Part shown: in pieces, positions 39,115 through 53,600 of the stretch
How positions within the stretch are numbered: the stretch's first letter is position 1
How the letters are laid out: every line of letters starts with the position of its first letter
Assembly (NCBI GenBank): GCA_051362555.1
Contig: CM120648.1
Coordinates: forward strand, 3,282,587 to 3,346,586
Direction of reading: 5' to 3'
Length of the DNA: 64,000 nucleotides
DNA from: Lingula anatina
Lineage: Eukaryota; Animalia; Brachiopoda
Translations under genes and position numbers: made by a program
The notes under the pieces: generated by a model
Seen by the model: the letters and a program-made list of their open reading frames with translations, nothing else
Database searches by the model: none
What the model was told of the DNA's origin: nothing

Positions 39115-39374
39115 GATTGCTAAATAAACAGTTTTTTTAAATCCATAAATTCATATGTACAATAACTAAAAATACGAGGACAGATTATGTTACAAATGCT
39201 ATACAATGCAATAAGGGGAAAATGAGAGAGAATAAAAGACATAACATATAGCTTATAAAGATATATGAAATCCTGACACAGATACCTGTCTTGTGCCGTC
39301 GTTCCACCAGGAGCTGTCATTCTTCTCTTTCCTCCCCCGCACCACACATAGCTCACACTGTACTGCTGTGTAGC
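33656..39374 (-). CDS. Protein with an SLX4IP-like N-terminal region, a long disordered linker and a PWWP3A/MUM1-like C-terminal helical domain (5' end unresolved, probably ~39800)
   Basis: Exons 39374-39286, 39046-38923, 38493-38416, ~37786-37698, ~37343-37253, ~37153-35777, ~35378-35295, ~34985-34937, ~34271-34167, ~33790-33656. N-terminus: NDSSWWNDGTRQETLTLLKPVL...ELKGMGYNIQYTVKK. C-terminus: EKYLRQIFEGKRSCLRH...YLDYLMKVLLPEALIKIYMDVHQVGHAAAEE. Confidence 0.7.
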
Positions 39375-39799
39375 CTAACTAAACACAAGGCACAACTGGG
39401 GATACATAACTGATCATTAAGAAATCAAATATTTGTTTCTTCTTTTGTTTTCGAACATCTTTTGCTTTCAAACATACAATATTTTTCTCCAGTTGAGGAC
39501 AGGCATTTTTCTTTGTTTATTTTTCTTCAAATTTTTATCAACCGATGCTCAAAATCCCTGGATGACAGTTTCTTGAAAGGATGTCATGAGAAATCCTTTC
39601 GGTAATTGAAATTGTCCATTTAATATTGAAAACCACCCTCACGCCTACTTGTACATCTATTTGAAAATTGTATAAACAAACAGACAAACAGGGGTTATTA
39701 AAGTAAATGCAGGTTATTCAGAGTGAATCATATGCTGCTTACTTTAATGTACAGGTTCTCTACTTCTGTCAGATCTAAACCATCTTTACGCTCACAAAT

Positions 39800-40995
39800 C
39801 ATCCCGTGCTCACTTTCGCTTCTCGAGCTCCCTTTTTAAAACTGGCGGATTTTTTTAGTTTATTATCGGTGCGTACTTATGCTCATGAATTTATATCGTG
39901 CACACTTTAATATGCAACGCAAATGTGTCTACAATATTATTGACCAAGTTCCATGATTGATGTTAGTTCTTTTCAACAAAACAACAATATACCATTCTTC
40001 TCCGGAACACTGTACGGCACAGACCATATCTGGTCGGGCATTACTGGTCAAGATAATCTTTATTTTGCAAATGGCGGATGTGGCATCTCAGGCCACGAGA
40101 AGGGCTATGATTGGCTGCAGCCTGGAGACATATCATATCAGGTCAAAAGGTGACAATGCATGTCATCTCAGGCCAGAGAAATTTTTAATTGCCATTTATA
40201 CTTCTTTCAAGTGAAAACATGCACAGTAATTTTATAGCAGTTTTAAATGATATTACAGCAGATAATCTGATAAATAAATAAACATTTTAGGAATTCAATT
40301 TATACTACACAATATGTCATTATAATTGTAGCTAGTGTAAACTACATGTAAATGCTGTTACTTTTTCATTTATCGATGACAATATTTAAATTGAAGGTGT
40401 TTGTGCCCTTAATGTAATCAAGAAATATTCAACTGACTTTTCCCTTCAATCATATGATATGATTGAGGCATTATCAATTTTAGATAAAGCTATATAATAA
40501 TGATAACGATAAAGTATAGTACTGCTACATGTACACTGCACTTGTACTACATGCCCAGCCATTCATGTTAATTTCTGCAAGGGGAAGTTTTTCTTTATAT
40601 ATAACAGTATATGTTATATATATATAGTAGAAGGCATTTGAATTTCATTAGGTGATATTAAATAAATAAATAAATAAATAAATAAATGATATTGCTTATT
40701 TGTTTTATTAATTGCTTTATCAATTAGAAAATATTTTCAGATGCAGGTGAAGTACGTGAATCTTTGTTTAGCAGAATATCAGAGCACAGTCAAAATCCAA
40801 TAAATGGGTACGTATTATAAGCAAAATAATCTGTAGATGAAAGACAGGGTGAAGTTTTGGAAACAACTACATCTTTATGAATCTGTAGACGTCTATAATT
40901 TTGAAAGCCACTCTGCTTACTGTCTTGCTGAAAACATGGAATCACTCTTGAACTTCTACCAATGTTCTTTATCTCAAATTTCCACCTTATATTAA

Positions 40996-41053
<58 letters not shown>

Positions 41054-41340
41054 TGATAAATTATGTAACTTAAAAGTTTCATCATTACAGAGGTATGATA
41101 CGTATATGCATGACTTACTTCTGAGGTTTTTCCACTCACTGGTCTGTAGTGACATATTCCGCCATCTTGAAGCCTGCCATGAAATGCTTTTAAGCTTCAG
41201 TCAGCATCACATTGAAAGCAAGACGTTACTGTTCACGTAATCCAATGTAGCTCTGTGAATAACTTACTATAGAGGGGGAAATGACCAATTATACGCCCTG
41301 AAACTCGCCTTTTATTCTGGTAGACGTTCAAGGTAAGAGT
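39800..41340. promoter_or_regulatory. Divergent promoter region between the SLX4IP/MUM1-like gene and PEX5
   Basis: YY1-like AAATGGCG (~40068) and CCGCCATCTTG (~41159), a CCAAT box GATTGGCTG (~40109), an (AAT)n microsatellite at ~40996-41052, and a UTR-exon donor AAG|GTAAGA at ~41332. Confidence 0.45.
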
Positions 41341-42061
41341 ATTCATAAGCATGCAAAATGAAAAGGGTGAAAAGTGAGAAGTCTGTCGCATTTAACGATA
41401 ACGGTTCAAGTTGGGGTCAAATTGTGGGATCACTGTGTGACCCGTTTGACAGTAATATAGGATTGGTGTCTTCTGGTTTTAATTCCTCGACTGGTTTAAG
41501 TGTCAAGGACCTATACGACATAATAAAAATTTTCAATATTTCACAACTCGGCACAAGACGCAAGTTCTCAAAATTAGCCCAAACATGTACTAAAAGTTCA
41601 AGTAGTAACTGGTGATGATGTGTGTGGTTCTCCCCCGTGAACTTTAAACTTAGCCAATCCTTTCAGCTTTGAACAAATATTGGACACTTATGCAGTATGC
41701 CTTCAAAATAACTCATGCAAGTGTTAACTAAAAAGTTGAATTACCCTTCGCTTTGTCAGGCCCATAGCCAGCAATTTTCAAAGGCGATTCCTTATCTTAT
41801 GAAACCTACACTGTATAAGCTTTGTGTACCAAGTTAAATTTAACCAATAGCGGACCTTAGGCTATTCCAGCAAAAATGGGCAGTTCATCCCCCCCCCCCC
41901 CCCCCCCCCCCCCCCGATTAATGATGTATTTCAGATCCACTACATGAGTTAAATACTGAAAGATAAATAAAGAAACTGTTAATGTATAATTATTATGATA
42001 AGATCTTAAACCTGTTTCAAAAAATAATAAAATTGTACAGCTATATTTTAGAAGTGCAATC

Positions 42062-42158
42062 ATGGCCATGCGGGACTTGGTGGAAGGGGAGTGTGGTGCT
42101 GCAAACCCACTCATGAAGCTTACCACACACTTCACACAGGACAAGTCGCTGCGACAGG

Positions 42159-42200
<42 letters not shown>

Positions 42201-44958
42201 TGCGCATGTGGGCGTGTGCTCTTAAGTTTGTTTTAGCTACATACAGGTAGTCCACGATATTAGTCAAATCACATTTGGTGAAAAAAATTTTCTCTAACTA
42301 TATTAAGAAATATAAAAGAAACATAAAGAATTTTGAAAAGGATTGGTTTTCATAATAATAATAATAATAAAAATAATTATGATGATAATAATGTTTTTTG
42401 TCATTGACAGTTTAACTCTATATATATATATATATGTGTGTGTGTTTTAGGAAGGGTTCCAGCATGCCAGACGACCTGGAGTGGTCAGCAGACCTTTTGG
42501 AGAGGCCAGGGAAGAAGAGGTCAGTTTTTGGGCCATTTTATGGCATTTGGTTGCCAGTCCTTAAAATTATAGAATTTTCTATGTTCCTAATTACAAAACT
42601 CATGATCACTGACAGATACATTTTATGTATGTCATTAGGATTTTATGACATTTTAGTCAGTCTGCTATCTTACCACTGGCCCTGCACCAAAAATTCCATT
42701 ACATTTTTAACTTGGTGAGTAAAATTTTTTAATTTATCCAGTTGCTAGCCATTATTTTTGCCTTGGGCCACTATAGTTCACTTTCATAAGTTAAAAAAAA
42801 ATCTATTTTCAGCTGGTTCAGGAGTTTCTCCAAGAACAATATCGACAGATGGCGCCACAGACATTTAGCATGTCTGGACTTCTGCAAGAGATGCAGGACA
42901 TTGAGAAGTCCCGATTACGACAGGGCCCACAAAGAGGTGAATTCTCCAATTACGTAATACATAGTCTATCTATATATTTATCAAATTCATTTTCATAAGA
43001 GCCCCATTTTGCAAGCATGTTAGAAGCACAAGACTATAGATATTTGGGTTTAGTATGGCTTCTTATTGTCTTTTATATAAGGGAAGAATTCTTATCTAAG
43101 GAGAAAGCATGGCTTGCTTAAGGATGTCAAAAAAATGAATAAAATCATTTTAACATTAGACATAATTATAGGGCAGATTCAGATGTAGTTAATAAATCAA
43201 TGGTAAAATGTACTATGTGCCATAAGCGTTTCAAGAGCCCAAAAGGAGAGAATCCTGGGAAAATTTATTATGTCACTTAGGTTACATAAATTATGATAAT
43301 TAGTATAAAATACCCAACAATGATAATACATCTTTCAAAGAATCAGAAAAAATTTAAAAAAAAATATTTTATATATTTATTATTCAAATTACTTGCTTCT
43401 CAGGGCCAGGAGTGGCAGATCTAGCCAGACAAGAGAACTGGGCACAAGAGTTTCTGGCCACAGAACATCCAGTAGGGCTAGATGACCATGCGTGGTCCAC
43501 TGAGTTCCTGTCCGAGCATCCACCCCCACATAGTCCTGAGACACTGGCCGAAACCAAGTGGGCACAGGATTATTTAGACCAACATGAGCACCGGACATGG
43601 TAAAATACTTCTGTGAAAATAATAAATTATTAAACTGCTGAGTTGCCAGATATACTGATATTTTGTGTATATTGTTTGCTTGGCAACCTTCATGTGTTAG
43701 GGGCTGCTCTACTATAAGTTGTTCAGATCATTTTAATGATTGAGAAAATGTTTTGTATTATTGAGAAGCATAAGGTGGGTAATTTATTTGCTTTATTTAT
43801 TTCTGTTACACAGGACAGACGAGTATGGACAAGATGTCTTAAGCGAACAGAAGTGGGGGGATGAATACCGCCAAGAGGATGAGGACGAGTTAGCCAAGAC
43901 AGCCAGAGAATTTGCTGGCAGTGTGTCAGATCCAAAGTTAGCAAACTCAGAGGTATTTATATATGAATATTCGGACAGTGCATTGGTAGTAATGTTATAC
44001 TTTTGTACCTTGATCCAGGCGTGAGATGCAATTTTAATGGCAAATAACTACTTGTCTTTGGTGTTTTGATTTTTAAAAAACAGAATAGCAGAATAATATG
44101 TTATTTTTTCCAAACTATGGGTAAACAGATACTTCTTGTGTGTATTTTGTTAAGAAATTATAGTAATAATTTTTAGGTAAGCAACAGCTATATGTTTATA
44201 ATTTAGTAAATGCTTGACAACTATAATTATACTTATACTTGCCTTTCACTATAATGGGTACCTGATATTAACAAGAATGTTTAAGGGAATTTGAATATGG
44301 TATTTCATCATTTGAATGTGAAAATGTTTATTATTTTCTTTTAATTTAAAAGAAGTATTTGTTTATACTGGATGATAAAAGAAGTGATGACTTAGGCTAT
44401 CAAATGGAACGGAAAGCTATGTAATAGTAATTTATTAAAAAAGTTAACCAAAAGGTCAGCATTTTAAATTCATAGTATAAATACAATGACCTAAGAATAT
44501 TGAAAAAACATGAGAATCAATTAAAATGATTGTATGTTTTAATGATGTATATTTCATTAGAATTATTCTTAAACTTGAATTAAAAAGTATATATTTCACC
44601 AATATTTTAAAAGGAAAATGTGGGATAAAGTAGTTATTTTATGAAGAAAAGGAAATAGTTGTATAATGTGATTTATGGCTTCTTACTTCAGGGGGACATT
44701 AGTGTTGAAGTGTATGTAAAACACTTCTTGTAATCTTTTGCACTCTTGGTGGTCCATGTATTATCTTAGGAACCCATCCCAGCCTCTTTTTAGCATGAAA
44801 AATCTTCATCTGATTTCCAGTTTATGAAATTCATCCGGAGGCTTGGTGATGGAGAGGTCACCATTAAAGACAACGAGGTCGTAGAGAGGGGTGGCGTAAC
44901 GAGTGAAGCGCGAGCAGCGAATGAATGGGTGCACGATTATAACGTGCACGATGAGCAG
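42062..44958 (+). CDS. PEX5: Peroxisomal targeting signal 1 receptor PEX5, N-terminal six coding exons (no TPR exons in the window)
   Basis: Starts [32 protein letters not shown] with the conserved Cys11. Also [15 protein letters not shown], WxxxF/Y motifs (WAQEF, WSTEF, WAQDY, WGDEY, WVHDY) and [14 protein letters not shown]. Exons 42062-42157, 42451-42519, 42813-42936, 43404-43599, 43814-43952, 44821-44958. Confidence 0.95.
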
Positions 44959-45335
44959 GTATACTCAGAATCATGCAAAATGATTTGTATGAGGAATTTA
45001 TGGTTTCCAATAGAAGTATTTTCCAAAAAGAAAAAAAAAAAAATCAGATTCTTCAATTGAATATCAGTATGTAGAATGAAAAATATTCCATGTGATTTTG
45101 AAATGGTAGATAACTAATTTCAGTTTTAAGAAAAGATGGAAAAAGGAGAAAAAAAGCCTTTGATTCAAAATATGATGGGGACACTTGTCTGATACAGATG
45201 ATTGAAGGAACATTTAAATGGGACTTTTTGAATCAAGTTGGTACATCTCTACTAGCACAAAGTTTAGGGGGAAAATGAAAGAGACTTGAAAAATTGAAAA
45301 AAATTACTCAGAATTTATCAGCATTTTCTTTATTT

Positions 45336-45388
<53 letters not shown>

Positions 45389-46170
45389 AAATTTTAAGAA
45401 TTAATTTGGATAACTATTGAATAATTTATAATTTTTTCCTTTCCCACCTGTTGTTACAATATTGATTTAATAGTGTTGTTTTATGTTTCAGTTTTGCTTT
45501 AGATTTGTTTGTTCTTCTGTTTTCCTCTGGCTGGTTCTTTTATGTATAGTTCCTTAACATTTTCTGACATTGTAGTAGAAAGGTGTTCTGTCTTTGCCCA
45601 TAGTTTCTGCTTACAGCATACTGATTAAAGGACCCTGAAAAAAGCTTTGTGGGGGATCTTTTTGATAGGCACTCACACATTGCTATTGTGTTCTTTCCTG
45701 CATATGTTTTTTCCCTTCTTGCAGCCTTTATGTTCTGTAGATTTACTTTAATTCTTAATAATTTTTTTTATTCTTTCACTGCATTGTTGTATCTTGTGTT
45801 GTTTCTGTGTACTAACTTTTTTGCGAAAGCTTTAGAACTTTTTGTTTTGTTTCATAAGCAGTGTAGCTTAATCCTATTACCTTAGACAGATGTTGTTTTA
45901 AGAATCATGTACAATGGAAAAGAAATTGAGTTAGATGAGACATAATTGTGTTAGTGTGTTAGGTGAGATAGGATTGTGTTTCCTGTGGTGTGGCTTATCC
46001 ATTGGTCTCTTTGTTGTGCAACCCCATTGTTTCTTGGAGAAGAGAGAACCCTGACAGCAAGATTGCATGATTCTGAGTGTATCTGCTCCCATGTCACCTC
46101 TGATTAATTTATTAGTACCACCAGCGTGTACGCTGGCGGTACTCATGGTTTTAGTCCCGACCCGTCTCGT

Positions 46171-46252
46171 CCGGCTCCGCCGGCTCCGCCGGCTCCGTTG
46201 GCTCCGCCGGCTCCGCCGGCTCCGCCGGCTCCGTAAGCTCCGCCGGCTCCGC
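46171..46252 (+). repeat. 9-bp minisatellite (ccggctccg)n near the Helentron end
   Basis: About 9 tandem copies with a few variants. Confidence 0.9.
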
Positions 46253-49200
46253 GTACTGGCGCCGGATACAAGTCACCGTTACCGCTTCTCCTCCTAGACC
46301 ACAAGTACCCCTGTCCCCATCTCTTGGATTTAGGTCACATATAACCTCAACTTGAACCCCCAGGTTTTTTTGTCTCAGTTGGTGCATTGACCTGGGCGTG
46401 ACGCTCGTTGAAATGCACCCTTGTCAAAATTTTTGAAAATTCAATGCCAATTATCTACCCTACCGAAGGACTTATGGGAAAATTTTCTACAGACGGCTGA
46501 CCGAAAGTCATATGTGGAGATTTCAAATATGCCCTTGGATTTGATCTTTGACCTTTGCTTCAAGGTCAAACGGGCCAAATTTTTCAAAAAAACCTAATTT
46601 TTTACGAAAAAGAAAATGTTTGCCCTGATATTCAGAAACTACACAGAGTTAACCAATAATATTTATGGAAAGTGTTACCCTTTGGGTCATCTTTCATCTC
46701 CGTGAATTTGGGGTCAATCGGTGCATTTTCACGGGAGTAGGGGCCATAAGATACCGAAACTGAAAACTGTCTCTAATTCGGGAACCGTTAATGCTAGAGA
46801 CCCATTCTTTTTTGCATTTTGTAGAGCATGTAAAGCCCAACACTGGAGGTCTCCGTTTTCTTGTATTTCATACGGTTTTCGTGCTATGCTGTATTAAAAA
46901 GTACATTGTGGTGAACCACACTTTGCAAATTTTCTGGCCTTTATATTTCCAAAACTGGCAGTGATATGTTCATAGTTACTGTTGAACTTGAATAGGAAGT
47001 CATATACTGGCAATCAATCTAACTGTGACCTTGAAATTGACCTTTGACTTACTTTTCCTCATGAACTGAACCTTTCAAAATTTTGTCTTTTTTATCTCTA
47101 AACCTGGCAGGGATACACCCATAGTTACAATTGAACTTGAATAAGAAGTCATATATTGTCAGTCTAACTTTTACCCTGAAATTGACCTTTGACCTACTTT
47201 TCATTATCTCCAAAAGTGGCAAAGATGCACCCACAGTTACTTTTGAAATTGAAGGACTTATGTTAATGAGAGGCAAAGATACACCTGAGGTTCCTATTGA
47301 AATTGAGTTGGATATGTAAATGTAACCTTACATTTGATTTGGACTACTTTGTACCAGGAACTGTATTTTACAAATTTTCCAGTTCTCATATCTCCAAATT
47401 AAGCTGCAGAGATACACCAGTATTTACTGTTAAAATTGAAGATGAAGTCATATGCTATACAAAATAAGTCATTTCTGTAATAAAAAATGTTTTATTTTCA
47501 TAAGCTACACTTTTAAGAACTATGTTTTGACAAAAAGTTATGAATCAATTAATCAAAGTATCTATTTCAAGTAAATACATGTTAAAACATATAAATGTAA
47601 AAAGTATTAACATAATAATTATCCATTTCAAGTATAATAAAAATTTAAGGTATGATACATATTAAATTAAATAATCTAACCTCTTTGTTAGTCAAAATTT
47701 GCCAATCTATGCATGCGAGTATAATATATTTTAAAATTATAAGATTAAAGTTCTATGTTAATCAGAAATAAATAAAACATACCAATATATATTAGGATTA
47801 TGTGTATATAAAATATCTATTTATAAACATATATTATATAATTTAACAATGTAAAAACAATTGAAGAGAGACCCCAAAAGATTTCCCCACTGAAAATGTA
47901 CCCCTTCCCCCCATAAAATAATAATTAAAATCAATTTTCGTGTTAAATAAATTTTAAAGGTGTTTTTTAGAGCTGTGGATGGCCACAATAAACAGTGACC
48001 CTTTTACCAAATTAAATGTATCAAATATAATACAAATTATCTGTTTATCTTTTTATATTAAACACTTAAAGCATCTCTTTACATACATTTGTTATAAAAT
48101 AAAATCACAACATCTGTCAATCTTAATTTAAATGTTGAGGTCAAAAAATAAGAGTGAATATATTATCATGATTATTTGATATGTACTAACTATAATACAA
48201 ATTAAAATATTTTACAATCAATCTGTGCATACATGTGTAATACATATTGTTAAATAAATCTCTTTACAGATAAAAAAATTCATATTGTGTTATATATTAA
48301 GGCAATCATTTATATTAGAAATAAAACCAAAATATGTTTATATACAGTTTAAAATGCAAACTATATGTACAATATCCTAGCAAATACATTAGGCCATTAA
48401 CATCTGAAGGAATATATTTACAAATAATTTATATTAACAATTCTTACATATATACAATGTTTTTTTTACAAATAACTCCATATTTAATATACTATGCATT
48501 GATGGGTATAACAGCGTATACAGGATCATGGTCGCTGTAATATGTGCACAGTGTACCTGTTTCTATAGTGCTTACATTTTGTACATAAATATGATCTAAC
48601 AGGCTAGTGTACCCTTTAACACCTCTAAATGTTGGAGAGGCAATCATTTGCTTATGGTGTTGTAAACAAGGAAGACAAACAGAGGTTTGAGGAGCTTTAG
48701 ATAGATCAATATTGAAATCACCTAACAAAATTGATGGTTTAATGGGCTTTTTGTTTTGGCTTAAAATTTCCTGTATTTTCCTATTAAAAGCTGGGCCTAC
48801 AATTGATGGTGAACGGTACACAAAGCTTACGTAATAACCATTGATTGTTAAAGTTACGCTTTCAAAACCTGGCTCTGTAACAAAGTTGTTTTTGACCTCA
48901 GTTGCTTTCAAGGTGTTGCGAATGTAAACGGCTACCCCCCCTCTAGAGGTGTCATTTTGACGATCACATCTTATGAGCTGAAAACCAGGAATAGAGTATT
49001 TAGCAGAGGGGACATTACTATTTAGCCAACTCTCAGTAATACCTACAATATCTGCCACAGCCATCTCTGGATTACTTTTTAAGTCTTTGAAATGAGCTGG
49101 TAGAGATTGGATGTTGTGACATACAATTGTTAGTGTTTTCTGTAATGGTCTTAAAATTGGTAATGTGTCTGGGTTGACAGGTTTCATGGCCTTCATTGCA

Positions 49201-50394
49201 TCATCTACTTTAACGTCACAGTACAAGTTTGCTTCATCAGTTTTATCAAAACTTAAAAGTTGCAGACCTGATAATTTGGTTGCACGACTAAGTGCAACAT
49301 ACCCAATACCAGGTGCAAAGACATGCTTCAACGAAACCACAGCATCAGTGACAGTTTTACCTTGAGTTTTATGGACAGTGCAGGCCCATGCTAACTTAAG
49401 AGGGTATTGATAACGAGCCACTTTTACTGACTGATGGTCAAAAAGTTCTACATGTGGCTTAAGTTGTACACTGTTTGTTGGTATGTTTTCAGGTCTTACT
49501 GTTTGTTGCCTGGCATTTGCACCTATTTTGGGGTTATCAAAATGTACCCAGATGTACTGAGGTTGATTTAATGGTTTTGTACCTTGTTCTATCTTAACAA
49601 CAGTACCCATGACACCATTTGAAAGTCCATCACTGACATTAAGATTTGTGGTGAGCATAACTCTTGCATTTACAGCAATTTCTATCAGTGGTTTTAACGC
49701 CAAAGAATCTTTAGCAAAAGGAACCTTTTTTCTTTTTGATTGTCCTGACCTTGAATGGATTATATCAGCTGCCTCTATAGTAATTATGTCAGAACAAAGT
49801 GTCTCCAAGAGATGTTTGTTATGTTCATCAACTTCTTTGTTCCTAGGGAAAATATACAGTTTTGTTGAATCTGCTGTAAGTTGATCATTCACACGTTCAA
49901 GAAGCATAGCTTTATCATGAGGTTTTAATTGTTCTTCCTTTTTCTTTGTACGGATAGCATTAAGCAAATTAGCAAATGGTTGATCGTCTTTTTGTCTCAT
50001 TATTATTGAAAGCTCAAATTTTAAGAAATTATTCCATTCTGATTCATAAAGTTGGCCTGGATCAGTAACATAAAGAGCTTTATCTGCTACAGGAGCCACT
50101 TGATAAAAATCTCCTACTGCTAAAACACTGATATCTCCAAAAACCGATTGGGCAGAGTTGGTCTGTTTGATTTGATTCAGTCGCTGACTTATATTCAGCA
50201 TCATGTTTTGACCAACCATTGAAATCTCATCTATTACTAAAATTTGGAGACTTCTGTATCTTACACGAAGCTCTGTTAATAACTCTTCTCCCAATGGGAC
50301 ATATTTTTTCCTATCTTTACCTTTTTGACTTCTTATCGCAAAAGCAGAATGAATAGTTTGACCCTGTATATTAAATGCAGCTGTTCCAGTGTAA

Positions 50395-50617
50395 AGCCCC
50401 CTTTACACTGGACGGCGTCCTTTCTGCGTCCAGCAGTCCGGCCCCATTTGAGAGTTAAAAAATTATAATATTTTACGTGCCGACAACTGGCCGATCATTG
50501 AGCATTCATTCTGATACAAAATTAATGCTCGTGCCTCCTTATTAAGACCACAGCGATGCCAAATTTCATGGTCGCAGAAAGGACGCAGAAAGGACGCCGT
50601 CCAGTGTAAAGGGGGTA
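50395..50617. mobile_element. PIF/Harbinger-like MITE inserted in the Helentron helicase
   Basis: TIRs ccccctttacactggacggcgtcctttctgcgtcc / ggacgcagaaaggacgccgtccagtgtaaaggggg, flanked by TAA and TTA. Removing 50394-50619 restores VAYTGTAA in frame. Confidence 0.9.
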
Positions 50618-53600
50618 TTAGCAACTAAAAGCACTTTTATATCGTCTGGATTTTCATTAGGTGAATCTAATGAAGTCAAAATGTTTTCTGCTTCATACCG
50701 AAAAGCATTTATAACATGGGTCTTACCTGTCCCTGCTCCACCAGTAAGAAAAATGTGGAAGGGTTTTGGATTTTTGCCTTGACTTTTTTTTAGACACCAC
50801 TTTCGCATGTAATTGAATATTTGTAGTTGTTGACTGTTCATAGACCTTAGCATTTCTTTTGCTTGTTTTGTTGAAATCTGCAACTGAAGTTTTTCACATG
50901 ATAAGTTTGATTTCTTATATGCAATTTTATCTGGTAGAGCAGCATCTAAATCTGGAAGATGAACTTCCTCAACTGCATCTTCACCTAGAACTGGAAAGTT
51001 TTGTTCCATTTTATCATCAATCCTTTGTTCTTCAGCCCCCGGAGCAATATCAGCCCACGCATCCTCATGATCATCATGGGATCGTTGTAGAGCACTATCA
51101 ATTACCTCTGCATCTTTTTCAAAGGGTGCACTATTTCTGTTCACTAATTCATAAATAGGGATCTCTTCATCATTTAAAACAAAACTAGCATTGTTGTGAA
51201 AACTTTCATATGATGTAAATGCAGAAGGTAGGATTTCTTGCCCTCTATGAGGATAAAACAAACGCAATCTATTTTCAAAATATCTTTCTGGGTCACGGTC
51301 TATTGACCCTTTTAAATATCTTATGACGATGGGTCTGTTGCGCAGACTAATAAATCCATAGTTGTTTAATAAGGTAATGTCTTTACCTTCACTATCACTA
51401 TGTTCATTTTCACTATCTGAGTTATCTTTGTTTGTTTTGATTTGTTTTGAACCATACATTCTATAATTGGCAACAAAATGTGCAAGGGACATAAACTCAA
51501 ATGTTTTATTATCAGGCCTATGCCAATACCTTTCTAAGTCAGACTTGGCCCAGATATTATCCAATCGTTTTTCCTTGGCTTGTTGTTTTAAAATGTTTAG
51601 AGGCAAAGACAACCTAGTTGCATCTTTATCTGCTGCTATCCAGCGTACTTCTCTACTTGAACATTTGAGTTTCATGCCAGTACATCTGTAGATAGCCTCC
51701 ATAACACTAATTTCCCTGTGAGTAATGTAAACTTTTCCTAATGTTTTGAGCTCATTCACAGCTTCAGTGTTTCCTTGTCTAGCCTCTTTTTGAGCAGCCT
51801 TAAGAAGTTCACCCTCTTCACTCTCTTTTTTTGAGATGTAGGACACTATATAACAAATACATGCATAAGCATCTACTATATACTGTATATCTATGTTAGC
51901 ATCCCAAGCTTCTAATAAATGTGGGTTATACTGATTAACCCAACATTCTTTAGGTTCTCTTTTTAAAACAATGATAGTTTTTCTAGCTAAAACACCCATG
52001 GAATATTCAAGACTCTCTTGTGTCATGCCTGCTAATTCTAAACACTGGTGGGCGGAAAGGGATATGTTTTTCTCATCACTAGTGATTTTTGCCAACTTTT
52101 CCAAAGCTTCTCTAGCTTCTTTTCTTATAATTTGTTTAGGTTGTTCTTCATCTAGCTTGATTGGTTTACATATAAAGGTTCTGGTAGATACTTGTCTTGG
52201 AAAATTAAACCTACAAGTTTGATTCCCCTTCCTGCAACTACGTGAATGATTTTTACTATGCATTTGTAATTTGGATACTTTTTCATACAAAGGTTCCTCT
52301 TCATGTGGTAACTGGCAAGTAACATACTTGTCAATAAAACTAACTACATCTGTTGGCTCAGATCTATCTAGAATAGGTGCATCTTGAACCCAAAACAAAG
52401 CATGAATATGTGGCCACCCCCTTTGCTGAAATTCTATTCTATAGAAAAAATCAATCACATTGCCTATTGGATGTGAAGCAGACTTGATCAGGTCATTTAT
52501 TAGATGATGACTGCGTTTATCAAACATGGCTGCAGCAATAACTGGGTTACTGTTAATAACCTTACAGTGTTCTGTCCAATCCATCTCATCAGGGACTACC
52601 TTTCCCTGAGATTTAAGAATAGCATGAACAATTTCCTTCCATCGTCTATCTGCTGCAGAAAAACTACAAAACCAAGTTGGGATACCCAGTTGTTTTACCA
52701 TGGCACATAAATCTTTCATTGTTCGCTCCCAGTATGGTGCAGATCCTCTAACTTTTGATAAAAACTTATAACCTTCATTATTTTTTAGCATCTGTTTTAA
52801 TGAGTTTTCTGTTTCAAAACTATCTATATTAATCTTGCCTGATTTTGCTGAACCTTTTCTTTCACTTATTTTTGCAGAAGACAAAACTTCTTGAAATTCT
52901 TTTATGTATTGTAAGTAAAATATATATTGTGTGTTCATAGCAAATTTGGTATCTGCAGAAAACAGTCTGCTTTTGATATATTGACTAAATGACAACTTGT
53001 ACTTCCGGCTTTCAGAAAAGGCGTTTTTTCCATTTGGAAACAAAGTTGGGAAGGACTGAACTTCCTTGTTGAATGTAGACTCAGGATGCTGATTTTCCGA
53101 TGGAGCAAAACATAATATTTTGTCTTCGTACTTATCTGATATATGCTGAGCCAAATCTTCCGGTTGTAAGCACGTTACAAGTGGAACACTTGTTTCTGTA
53201 ACTTCATCCTCTGTATTATCTGAAAAAAACAACAACAAATAATTACATTTGTTAATATATCTGATATATAAACAATAACAAAATTATAGCAAAAATTACG
53301 GAAAATAATGAAATCTGCACATACTGGTACACTACCTTCTCATCTGTGTACTTATACAATCAACAAATAATAAATCAAGGTATTTTTAATAATACAAATA
53401 ACAAACAAATAGAACTATATGTCTGTCTGTCCACCAGCATTATATTTATGTCTATACAATCTACAAATTTAAACAAAGTAACTTAAGTGAAACTACAATA
53501 TAAATTTGGTGCTTACCATTGGATTGTTCCCTACTCGAAATTTCTTGACTCTCTCCCACAGTTACTCTGGTTTCCACTGAAATTACAAAGAACAAAACCA

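Noticed and set aside
39953-40214. Short plus-strand ORFs as a separate gene
   Set aside because: No recognisable homology or exon chain; the region is better explained as promoter sequence with YY1 and CCAAT motifs.
46067-46387. Arg-rich and PAE-repeat ORFs
   Set aside because: They are translations of the 9-bp minisatellite at the Helentron end.
50394-50619. MITE removed as an intron to restore the helicase
   Set aside because: Its boundaries on the coding strand are not GT...AG, so precise splicing is unsupported.
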